Shown: in pieces, positions 19,024-27,139 of the stretch
Position numbering within the stretch: the first letter of the stretch is position 1
Layout of the letters: each line of letters begins with the position of its first letter
Source: an uncultured Staphylococcaceae bacterium
GTDB taxonomy: Bacteria; Bacillota_I; Bacilli_A; ML615J-28; CAG-313
Assembly: GCA_964507405.1 (NCBI GenBank)
Contig: CAZDPJ010000005.1
Location: forward strand, 2,306-66,305
Direction: 5' to 3'
Length of the DNA: 64,000 nucleotides
The notes under the pieces: model-generated
Seen by the model: only the letters and a program-made list of their open reading frames with translations
The model's database searches: none
What the model was told of the DNA's origin: nothing
Made by a program: the position numbers and the translations under genes

Positions 19024-21663
19024 TTATTTTCTTTTTATTAATTTACCAATTTCACTAAATATAATAGTTGATGCACCAAGAGCTATGGCAATTAATAGAT
19101 GAATAGCATCAAGAGATACTAAATTAAAGGCACTGTTTAATCCTGGAGTATAACAAATTAATATTTGAAGTGACATTCCTAATACAAAGGCTAGTAATAA
19201 GAATTTATTATTAAATGTATCTTTACTAAAGATTGTTTTATGCGATTTAATATTAAATGCATGGAATAATTGTGCGCTAGATAATGTCATAAATGCCATT
19301 GTTTGTCCAATTGCATGTCTAGTTGATTCATCCCCAATGAAATTTCCAATGGCGTATGATATCAATGCAAGACAACCAACCATAATACCTTGTAATATTA
19401 TTCTTAATCCTAATCCTTTAGAGAAGAAACTTTCATCTTTTTGTCGAGGTTCTTCAGTCATTATTTCTTTTTCAGGAAGTTCTGTACCTAATGCAAAGGC
19501 TGGTAAGCTATCAGTAATTAAGTTAATCCAAAGTAGATGAGTGGCAACAAGAGGAATGCCAAAGTCTAGTGATGGAATTACTAATGAAATGATTGAAGCT
19601 AAGAAGATGGTTAATACTTCACCAATATTACTTGATAATAAGTAATGAACAACTTTTCTTATATTATCGTAAATTCCACGACCTTCTTTTACAGCTGTTA
19701 CAATTGTACTAAAATTATCATCAACTAGAACAATATCAGCAGCCTCTTTTGCGACATCAGTACCAGTAATACCCATTGCGCAACCTATATCTGCTTTTTT
19801 AAGGGCTGGTGAATCATTAACACCATCACCAGTCATCGCAACAATTTTACCTTTCTTTTGCCATGTTTCAACAATTCTTACTTTATCTTCTGGAGCAACT
19901 CTTGCATATACAGCATATTTTTCGATATTATTGTATAATTCTTCATCTGAAAGCTTACTTAATTCATGACTTGAAATAGCAAGATCGCCTTCTTTTAATA
20001 TATTTAGTTCTTTAGCAATAGCTTTCGCTGTTAAGATATGGTCACCAGTAATCATTACGGTTTTAATACCAGCAGAAGTTGCAACTTTTATTGCATCTTT
20101 AACTTCAGGTCTTGCGGGGTCAATCATACCTACAAGCCCAAAAAAATCTAAATCTTTTTCAACTAAAGATGGTGTTAAATCGGTAGGAATATTATCTACT
20201 ATTTTATATCCTAATCCTAATACTCTTAAGGCCATTTCGGCCATTTGATTATTTGCTTCTAAGGCTTTTGTTAAGTTTTCATTATTTTTTGATAATTTAA
20301 TAATAATATCAGGAGCACCTTTAGTAATGATTATGTATTTATCAAAATATGGATAAATAACTGTCATTAGTTTTCGATCAGAGTCAAATGGAATATCACC
20401 AACTCTTGTTAAATGCTCAAATTCTTTATTTTTAACATATTTATTTCTAGCAATAAGAAGAGCTATTTCAGTAGGGTCTCCTATTGCTTTTTCTACGCCA
20501 TCAATTACTTCATATGATGCATCAGTACATAAAGCAAAAAATTCGATTAATTTATTTTCATCATATGATAATTCATTTTCAATACTTTTAATTTCTTTTT
20601 GATAAATCTTTTGAACTGTCATTTTATTTTGAGTTAGGGTACCAGTTTTATCAGAACAAATAACACTAGCACATCCTAAAGTTTCAACCGCAGGTAATTT
20701 CTTAACAATTGCTTTTTGTTTAGCCATTTTTTGAACACCAATTGCAAGTACTACCGTTACAATTGTGGCAAGACCTTCAGGTATTGCGGCGACAGCTAAA
20801 GCAATAGCTGTTTTTAAAGCTTCAAGCCATTCATTTTGACCATTTAGAATACTTGCAATATATTCAAGTGCAAATACGATAATACAAATAGCAATACACA
20901 TAATACCAATTACTTTACCAATTTGGGTTAAACGCTTTTGTAATGGAGTTTCACTTTCATCAGTATTCATTAATGCATTAGCTATTTTACCAATTTCTGT
21001 TTTCATTCCTGTATTGACAACCACCGCATATCCTTTACCATTTGTTACGTAAGTAGATGAATATAGACAATTTGTCATATCACCTAGTGAAGTAGTTTCT
21101 TTTAATATTACTTCATTATTTTTAATCACGGGCACAGATTCACCAGTTAAGGCACTTTCATCAATTAAAAGATTTGTTGCTTGAATAATTCTAGCATCAG
21201 CGGGGATAAAGTCACCAGCTTCTACATAAATAATATCACCTGGAACTAGTTCATTTGAATTAACAGTAATAAGATTTCCATCTCTAATTACTTTAGTTTG
21301 AGGTGAACTCATTTTCTTAAGTGCTTCTAATGACTTTTCAGCATTGTTTTCTTGAATTGTACCTAAAATTGCATTAATAAAGATTACAGCCCCAATGATT
21401 AAAGTTTCAATCCATTCTTTTTCTTTAATCCAACTTTCGGGACTCACTATAATTGGAAGTAATGCCGCAATTATTAGTATAATTACTAAGAAGTCCGCGA
21501 ATTGCATTAAAAATTTAACGATAATTGGTGTTTTCTTTTTACTGGTTAATTCATTAAAACCATAAAGAGTTTGACGTTTTTTAACTTCGGTACTACTTAA
21601 TCCCTCGGTTTCATTTGTTTTTAAATTTTCAATAATTTCTTGATAATTTTGTTTTTGATTCAT
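19024..21663 (-). CDS. P-type (type IIA, Ca2+/Mn2+-type) cation-transporting ATPase
   Basis: DKTGTLT phosphorylation site, TGDGVNDSPALKKADIG hinge, IPEGL in TM4, NLITDSLPA in TM6. 879 aa. Confidence 0.95.
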   Translation of the reverse strand: MNQKQNYQEIIENLKTNETEGLSSTEVKKRQTLYGFNELTSKKKTPIIVKFLMQFADFLVIILIIAALLPIIVSPESWIKEKEWIETLIIGAVIFINAILGTIQENNAEKSLEALKKMSSPQTKVIRDGNLITVNSNELVPGDIIYVEAGDFIPADARIIQATNLLIDESALTGESVPVIKNNEVILKETTSLGDMTNCLYSSTYVTNGKGYAVVVNTGMKTEIGKIANALMNTDESETPLQKRLTQIGKVIGIMCIAICIIVFALEYIASILNGQNEWLEALKTAIALAVAAIPEGLATIVTVVLAIGVQKMAKQKAIVKKLPAVETLGCASVICSDKTGTLTQNKMTVQKIYQKEIKSIENELSYDENKLIEFFALCTDASYEVIDGVEKAIGDPTEIALLIARNKYVKNKEFEHLTRVGDIPFDSDRKLMTVIYPYFDKYIIITKGAPDIIIKLSKNNENLTKALEANNQMAEMALRVLGLGYKIVDNIPTDLTPSLVEKDLDFFGLVGMIDPARPEVKDAIKVATSAGIKTVMITGDHILTAKAIAKELNILKEGDLAISSHELSKLSDEELYNNIEKYAVYARVAPEDKVRIVETWQKKGKIVAMTGDGVNDSPALKKADIGCAMGITGTDVAKEAADIVLVDDNFSTIVTAVKEGRGIYDNIRKVVHYLLSSNIGEVLTIFLASIISLVIPSLDFGIPLVATHLLWINLITDSLPAFALGTELPEKEIMTEEPRQKDESFFSKGLGLRIILQGIMVGCLALISYAIGNFIGDESTRHAIGQTMAFMTLSSAQLFHAFNIKSHKTIFSKDTFNNKFLLLAFVLGMSLQILICYTPGLNSAFNLVSLDAIHLLIAIALGASTIIFSEIGKLIKRK

Positions 21664-21683
21664 ACATCCTCCTAAAATAATAA

Positions 21684-21812
21684 TAAAAAGACCATTATTC
21701 TACTGACTGTAAGAATAAAGGTCTTGCATTTCAAATTGAATCTTAATTCCGGATTTTTAGTCGTGGTGTCGAAATTAAGTCAAGATTTATATCTTGTGCT
21801 ACTCCCCTTTTA
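21684..21812 (-). promoter_or_regulatory. yybP-ykoY (Mn2+) riboswitch with terminator expression platform
   Basis: The minus strand reads AAAAGGGGAGUAGC...CUUGAC...GCAAGACCUUU, matching the conserved yybP-ykoY blocks. The 3' block overlaps the hairpin agacctttattctta..tagaataatggtct plus U5, located 10 nt before the RBS aggagg. Confidence 0.8.
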
Positions 21813-21836
21813 AGGAAATATATAGTTTTTGAATAA

Positions 21837-21910
21837 TGGAGGCTCCGGCCGGATTTGAACCGGCGATCAGGGTGTTGCAGACCCACGCCTTACCGCTTGG
21901 CTACAGAGCC
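21837..21910 (-). tRNA. tRNA-Cys (GCA)
   Basis: The cloverleaf folds by hand: acceptor ggctctg/cggagcc, T-arm gccgg-ttcaaat-ccggc, anticodon loop cuGCAac. It has the A13:A22 mismatch and U73 discriminator typical of tRNA-Cys, and an encoded CCA. Confidence 0.9.
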
Positions 21911-21923
21911 ATTAGACCAAAAT

Positions 21924-21952
21924 ATTATATTATAAAATACGAAAATAGTCAA
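21924..21952 (-). promoter_or_regulatory. sigma-A promoter of tRNA-Cys
   Basis: Minus strand TTGACT - 17 nt - TATAAT, ending 13 nt before the tRNA 5' end. Confidence 0.7.
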
Positions 21953-22040
21953 GTAAAATGTATTAATATTTATAGAAAATGCAAATTCAAGTTGTGTTAA
22001 TGTTAACTATGGTATAATATATTATAGTTGAGGTGAAAAT

Positions 22041-23888
22041 ATGAATGGTATTAAAAAATTGGTTGTTTTATTTTTAATATGTTTTAGTATTTCTTTAAGT
22101 AGTTGTAATAAGAAAAATGAAGAAGAACTAAAAATACTAAAGGAAGCAAGTAATGAAATATTTATCCAAGAACTAATTTATGATGATATTACTTTACCTT
22201 TATCAATAGGAAATGTTAGTGCTAGTTGGACTTCATCAAATCTTGATGTTTTGTCAAATACTGGTAAAGCATTTTTTCAAGATACTGATATTTTTGTTAC
22301 ACTAAAAGTTATCCTAAAATATGGTAATAGTAGTCTTGAAAAAGAATATAATGTTACTGTACTTAATAAAAATTCAATAGATGTAATTAATAATAAATTG
22401 AATAAAGATGTTGAATCATTTGAAATGGTAAGTGAAACAATTAGTGATTTGGAGTTTGTTACAAGTTATAAAAATTATAATGTAACTTGGCATTCTAAAA
22501 ATTCAAATATAATTTCTAATACAGGTAAGGTAAATAGGAAAGAATTTGACCAAGAAGCTCAAGTTGTTGCTGTATTTAGTATTGGTGAGTTATCAACATC
22601 GAAAAGCTTTAATATTAAAGTTTTAAAATATAGTGAATTAGAATTTATTCAACTTACATTAGAAAATATATCAATACCAAGTGCTGTATTTTTTGATATA
22701 AAAGATGAGATGAAAATAAATTTACCAGATGGATATAAAGCGACTTGGAAAAGTAGTGATGAACTTGTAATTGATTCTACTGGTGTAGTCAATAGACAAG
22801 AAGAAACCAAAGATATTAAATTGACAATTACTATCTCTGGGAAGGAGGAAACAATGTCAAAAGATTTTAATGTTAAAGTTTATGATAAAAATAGTGAATT
22901 GGTTAAACCACATCAAATAATTGAAAAAGCAATTAATTTTAATAAAGCATCATTTGATAATGTAATGCTAAATAATAATAATAAATTAGTTTTAAAAGAA
23001 GATGCAATAATTGGAAGTTATGAATCTGATGAAATCTCTACTTTAAATTTTTCTTCATTAATAGCTTCATGGGCTGCGACTTCCACTAAAACTTCAACTG
23101 TTGAATTAATGGTAAAAGCTAAAGTAAATAATGTATGGAGTGATTATATTACTTATAATCCATGGGGATTTGGACTTGAAAATAAATGTTATGACCAAAA
23201 TAATGGATTAATTAAATTATCAGATGATGAAGTTGTTGTTATTAATGAAAATGCATCTTGTATTAGGTATAAAGTTATTTTAAGAAGAGATACGTTAAAT
23301 GATGTTTCACCTGAATTATCTTTAGTATCATTCGCACTTGAGGTTAGTAATTATAAGTTTAAAGTTGATATTAGTAAACTAGAAAAAGAAAAAATTTATA
23401 TTGTTCCTAAATTATATCAAATAGCAGTACCTAGCATTGGTAATAGTATTTGTAGTCCTACGACATCAACTATGCTTCTAAAATATATGGGAGAAGATTT
23501 TTCAATGTATGATGAGTTTGAACATCGATATATTGCCTATAAATTTAAAGAATATAATTCAGGCATCTTTGGAAATTGGGTTTATAATACAGTTGGTATG
23601 TCTTCATTTGGATATGATGCCTATGTCGCAAGAATGTATTCAGTAGATGAACTAATTTATCATTTAAGTACAGTCGGACCTTGTGGATTAAGTGTTAAAG
23701 GACAAATGACTTCAACTGAAAAAAGTTATTATACAAACGGTCATTTAATTGTTGCTATTGGCTATAAATATATTGATAATGTTCTCTATATTGTATGTAA
23801 TGATCCTAATGTACCTAATGTGTACTGTGAATATAGTATTAATGTTATTAAAAATACATGGCGTGATATAGCTTATGTTATAAAATAA
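22041..23888 (+). CDS. surface lipoprotein with three Ig-like (atrophied Big-type) repeats and a C-terminal C39-like cysteine-peptidase-like domain
   Basis: Lipobox LSSC. Repeats W(T/H/K)SSN..SNTGKV... The C-terminus has SICSPTTSTMLLKY ... NGHLIVAIGY, resembling Peptidase_C39_2. Confidence 0.55.
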   Translation: MNGIKKLVVLFLICFSISLSSCNKKNEEELKILKEASNEIFIQELIYDDITLPLSIGNVSASWTSSNLDVLSNTGKAFFQDTDIFVTLKVILKYGNSSLEKEYNVTVLNKNSIDVINNKLNKDVESFEMVSETISDLEFVTSYKNYNVTWHSKNSNIISNTGKVNRKEFDQEAQVVAVFSIGELSTSKSFNIKVLKYSELEFIQLTLENISIPSAVFFDIKDEMKINLPDGYKATWKSSDELVIDSTGVVNRQEETKDIKLTITISGKEETMSKDFNVKVYDKNSELVKPHQIIEKAINFNKASFDNVMLNNNNKLVLKEDAIIGSYESDEISTLNFSSLIASWAATSTKTSTVELMVKAKVNNVWSDYITYNPWGFGLENKCYDQNNGLIKLSDDEVVVINENASCIRYKVILRRDTLNDVSPELSLVSFALEVSNYKFKVDISKLEKEKIYIVPKLYQIAVPSIGNSICSPTTSTMLLKYMGEDFSMYDEFEHRYIAYKFKEYNSGIFGNWVYNTVGMSSFGYDAYVARMYSVDELIYHLSTVGPCGLSVKGQMTSTEKSYYTNGHLIVAIGYKYIDNVLYIVCNDPNVPNVYCEYSINVIKNTWRDIAYVIK

Positions 23889-23889
23889 G

Positions 23890-23914
23890 AAAAAGAGGTT
23901 TCCCTCTTTTTTTT
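23890..23914. terminator. bidirectional intrinsic terminator
   Basis: Stem aagagg/cctctt flanked by an A-run and a T-run. It sits between convergent genes. Confidence 0.7.
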
Positions 23915-25172
23915 AATCTATTGTATTTACAACTTTTACATTTTCTTCTTTACAAGAAATTAGATTAAGTTTTTTCCCATAAAGATGACCTATTTGAAAA
24001 CTATTATTTAGTTTTTGTGTTGAATCCCAAGTCAATCCATCTGTAAATAACTTAATGTTTTTAGCAAGACAATTTTCTAACTTAATATCTACGACTCCAA
24101 GCCCGAAGAAGCACCCTGCCGTCGCATTACTACCTCCAATAAATGAATTTTCTATTTTACAGTCTTTAAAACTTGGAGAGTAAGTCTCTGAATATCCAAC
24201 AAAACCTCCACATTGCCAATTATTTATTACTTTAGAATTAATTACTTTTACATTATCAAAAGTAACATTTGCATAGTTTTTACCAATAATTACTCCTGCA
24301 TATGTTTGATTTTTATTTGATGTTGTTTCAACCTTAATATTATCAAAAATAATATTTTTAAAAGTTAATTTTGATGTATTATAGGATATAATGCCACCAT
24401 TATCATTAATTTTAGTTTTTAGGTTTTTAATTGAATGGTTATTACCATCAATAGTTACATTATCTAACTTATTGTTTTTATTTGTGATTTGGTCAAATTC
24501 TTTATTTTCATAGTCAATATTTGTTAATAATTTAATTGTTTTGTCTTTAAAATCATGACCATTATTAATAGCATCTTTAAATAAATTTAAATCAGTAGAA
24601 GTTTTAATTCCTAATTCATTAGTATTTAAATTCGTATTTTCTACCGTACTTACTGTTGCTGCATTATCTATTTTTATTGTAAAACTAGTTGCTTGATTAT
24701 TCTTAATTATATTTTCTGGATAATTGATTGTTACTGTTAATTTCTTTTCTTTATCAATACCCTTTTTTAAAGTAAACCAAGAAGAATAAGCGTTCATACC
24801 AAGGTATATCTTATTATCAATTGTAATTTCCATTTCTTTAAATAAATCATTGTTATCTAAAGTTGTAATAGAAACTTGAGTATTTATGTCAATAATGCTA
24901 TCATTTTTAATTATAATATCAAAGGTAAATTTATCAAGTGGTTCAATTTTATTAACTAATAATGTTTTATTATCATTATTAAGAGTAACTTGTCCATTAT
25001 TTACAAAGGTATTATTATTTTGTTCTTTATCTTTTGAATATGTTTTGATATTTTCTATTTTTATAGATGTTAGAATATCATCTTTTGTATCTTCTATTTT
25101 TTTACATGAAGTAAAACTAATAAATAATAAGAAGATACATAATAATAAATATAATATTTTCTTTTTTTGCAT
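23913..25172 (-). CDS. surface lipoprotein with beta-helix/GLUG-like repeats
   Basis: Lipobox FTSC. Repeated G-rich turns (AGVIIGKN, CGGFVGYS, AGCFFGLG) are spaced about 25 aa apart. Confidence 0.45.
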   Translation of the reverse strand: MQKKKILYLLLCIFLLFISFTSCKKIEDTKDDILTSIKIENIKTYSKDKEQNNNTFVNNGQVTLNNDNKTLLVNKIEPLDKFTFDIIIKNDSIIDINTQVSITTLDNNDLFKEMEITIDNKIYLGMNAYSSWFTLKKGIDKEKKLTVTINYPENIIKNNQATSFTIKIDNAATVSTVENTNLNTNELGIKTSTDLNLFKDAINNGHDFKDKTIKLLTNIDYENKEFDQITNKNNKLDNVTIDGNNHSIKNLKTKINDNGGIISYNTSKLTFKNIIFDNIKVETTSNKNQTYAGVIIGKNYANVTFDNVKVINSKVINNWQCGGFVGYSETYSPSFKDCKIENSFIGGSNATAGCFFGLGVVDIKLENCLAKNIKLFTDGLTWDSTQKLNNSFQIGHLYGKKLNLISCKEENVKVVNTID

Positions 25173-25334
25173 ATTTTTCTATTTAATATTATGTTTAAAT
25201 ATTAAATTTTCCTCCACAATTATATTATTTGTTTAAATTTTATAATTATACAAATAAAGTAAGCATTTTCATAAATAAAAAGAATGTTAAAAATATTGTT
25301 TTATTGTATAATTAGAATATGGAGGAATTTACTT

Positions 25335-26552
25335 ATGAATAAAGGGTCTTGCATGATTGGACAATCTGGTGGTCCGACTGCTGTTATTAATGCTAGTTTA
25401 CAAGGTATTATCGAAGAAGCAAAGAAGAAAGATGTATTTGACCATGTTTATGGTTTATTAAATGGTATCGATGGATTACTAAATGAAAGATTTGTTGATT
25501 TTAATGACTATAATTTAGATGAATTAAAATTATTAAAAACAACTCCAGCCGCTGCTCTTGGGTCAGTTAGATATAAACTTCCTGATTCATTTGATGATGA
25601 AGTATATTATTTAATTGAAAAAATATTTAAAAAATATGATATTAAATGCTTTTATTATATTGGTGGAAATGATTCAATGGATACATGCCATAAATTAGGT
25701 GAATTCTTAAAAAAAATAAAATATGATTGTAAGGTAATTGGAATTCCCAAAACAATTGATAATGATATCGTTGGAATTGATCATACACCTGGATATGGTT
25801 CCGCTGCCAAGTTTATTTATACAACAATTAGTGAAATATATGAAGATACTAAAGTATATCAAAAGGGTCGTGTAACATTTGTTGAAGTAATGGGAAGAGA
25901 TAGTGGATGGTTAACCGCATCAACTAAACTTGCTTCATTTGTTGGTAATGGACCTGATTTAATATATTTACCTGAACATCCTTTTGAAATAAGTAAATTC
26001 TTAGAAGATGTAAGTAAAATATATAAAGAAAAAAGAAGAGCTTTAGTTGTTGTTTCTGAAGGTATAAGAGATAAAAATAATAATTATATTTTACAACAAA
26101 GACTATACAATCAAAATGATAGTTTCGGTCACTTACAATTAGGTGGAGTTGGAATGGTTCTTGGTGAAATTGTTAGTAAAGAATTAAAATTACCTGTCAG
26201 AAGTGTGGAATTAAATATTTTACAAAGATGTGCTAGTCATTTACTTTCTAAAGTTGATGTTGATGAAGCTTATAATTGTGGTAAATATGGTGTTATATTT
26301 TATATTCAAGGTAAAACTGATGTTATGGTAACATATAATAGAAAAAGTGGTAGTAAGTATTGTATAAAGTATGAGACGATTCCTTTATCTAATGTTGCTA
26401 ACTTTGTAAAAGAAGTACCTAGTCACTTTTTGAATGAAAGAGGAAATAATATTACTGATGATTTTGTAGAGTATGCATTACCATTAATTCAAGGTGATGT
26501 TACAATACCAAAGTCTAATGGCATAATCAAATATTTCAAAATTAAAAAATAG
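25335..26552 (+). CDS. pfp: 6-phosphofructokinase, probably pyrophosphate-dependent type
   Basis: GQSGGPTAVINAS, GGNDS (Asp at the position that is Gly in ATP-PFKs), PKTIDND, MGR. The start was moved from 25284 to the ATG at 25335, which follows RBS ggagg. Confidence 0.85.
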   Translation: MNKGSCMIGQSGGPTAVINASLQGIIEEAKKKDVFDHVYGLLNGIDGLLNERFVDFNDYNLDELKLLKTTPAAALGSVRYKLPDSFDDEVYYLIEKIFKKYDIKCFYYIGGNDSMDTCHKLGEFLKKIKYDCKVIGIPKTIDNDIVGIDHTPGYGSAAKFIYTTISEIYEDTKVYQKGRVTFVEVMGRDSGWLTASTKLASFVGNGPDLIYLPEHPFEISKFLEDVSKIYKEKRRALVVVSEGIRDKNNNYILQQRLYNQNDSFGHLQLGGVGMVLGEIVSKELKLPVRSVELNILQRCASHLLSKVDVDEAYNCGKYGVIFYIQGKTDVMVTYNRKSGSKYCIKYETIPLSNVANFVKEVPSHFLNERGNNITDDFVEYALPLIQGDVTIPKSNGIIKYFKIKK

Positions 26553-26577
26553 GAGGTCTTTTGGCCTCTATTTTTTC
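26552..26577 (+). terminator. intrinsic terminator
   Basis: Stem ggaggtc/ggcctct with loop tttt, then T6. Confidence 0.7.
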
Positions 26578-26868
26578 CAAGTTATTTATAATTTAATCTT
26601 TTCATACATAATATAAAAATAAAAATGAGTTAATCTTGGAAGTGTTTATGAGAGTATAGTTGTAAATAAGTTAAAAAGCCATGTTAGAAAACTATTGTAT
26701 TATTATAATCGAAATAATGGTGAAACTAATTTTTAATTGATGATTATCTTACTCTTTCATTAATACGTATTGAAGTAAAATTAGGAAAAGATTTTTCTGT
26801 TCATTTATGGCTTTTGTAATAAATTAGAAAATACTCTGTAAAACTTTATTTACAGAGCTTTATTAATA

Positions 26869-26899
26869 AAAAAAAGTTCAATATTTTACGTATTGAACC
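26869..26899 (-). terminator. intrinsic terminator of tRNA-Lys
   Basis: Minus strand gttcaata-cgtaaaa-tattgaac followed by T8. Confidence 0.75.
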
Positions 26900-26912
26900 T
26901 CTATCTTTCAAA

Positions 26913-26988
26913 TGGTACACCCTCAGGGACTCGAACCCTGGACCCACTGATTAAGAGTCAGTTGCTCTACCAACTGAGCTAAGGGTGC
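26913..26988 (-). tRNA. tRNA-Lys (CUU)
   Basis: Cloverleaf by hand: D-arm gctc-agttggta-gagc, anticodon arm actga-cuCUUaa-tcagt, T-arm caggg-ttcgagt-ccctg, encoded CCA. The acceptor has a G1:U72 wobble. Confidence 0.88.
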
Positions 26989-27006
26989 ATAACAACTTGC
27001 TAGAAT

Positions 27007-27035
27007 ATTATACACTAAATGTTGAATCTTTGCAA
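27007..27035 (-). promoter_or_regulatory. sigma-A promoter of tRNA-Lys
   Basis: Minus strand TTGCAA - 17 nt - TATAAT, about 18 nt upstream of the tRNA 5' end. Confidence 0.6.
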
Positions 27036-27064
27036 TTTATTTGCCTATTATTTCAAAAAATATA

Positions 27065-27114
27065 AGACTAATTAGTCTATTAAAGTTGAAATATTAGACT
27101 TATTATGATATAAT
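27065..27114 (+). promoter_or_regulatory. promoter with upstream 14-bp perfect palindrome (candidate operator)
   Basis: Palindrome AGACTAATTAGTCT at 27065-27078. TTGAAA (27086-91) - 17 nt - TGaTATAAT (27106-14). Extra half-site TAGACT in the spacer. Confidence 0.55.
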
Positions 27115-27139
27115 ATTATTATAAAATAAGGAGAATTGA

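Noticed and set aside
21767-21773. Perfect 0A-box TGTCGAA on the + strand
   Set aside because: It lies inside the minus-strand Mn riboswitch aptamer, far from any + strand promoter. It is most likely coincidental.
25284-25334. ORF-track N-terminal extensions (pfk 25284, spoIVB 42169, recN 40412, aspS 52912, comEB 54673, xseA 36995, ORF 7258)
   Set aside because: In each case a downstream ATG is preceded at proper spacing by a clear Shine-Dalgarno sequence that lies inside the longer ORF. The shorter product also matches the usual family N-terminus.
26580-26868. ~290-nt gene-free stretch between pfk and tRNA-Lys, considered as a possible sRNA, integration scar at the tRNA, or degraded mobile element
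   Set aside because: I found no conserved ncRNA motif (6S, SRP, tmRNA, RNase P or riboswitch cores). There is no direct repeat of the tRNA 3' end, no integrase/transposase remnant, and only tiny ORFs (17 codons or fewer). A 9-nt complementarity (aaaagccat/atggctttt, about 125 nt apart) and a 10-nt repeat (acgtattgaa) are within chance for AT-rich DNA.
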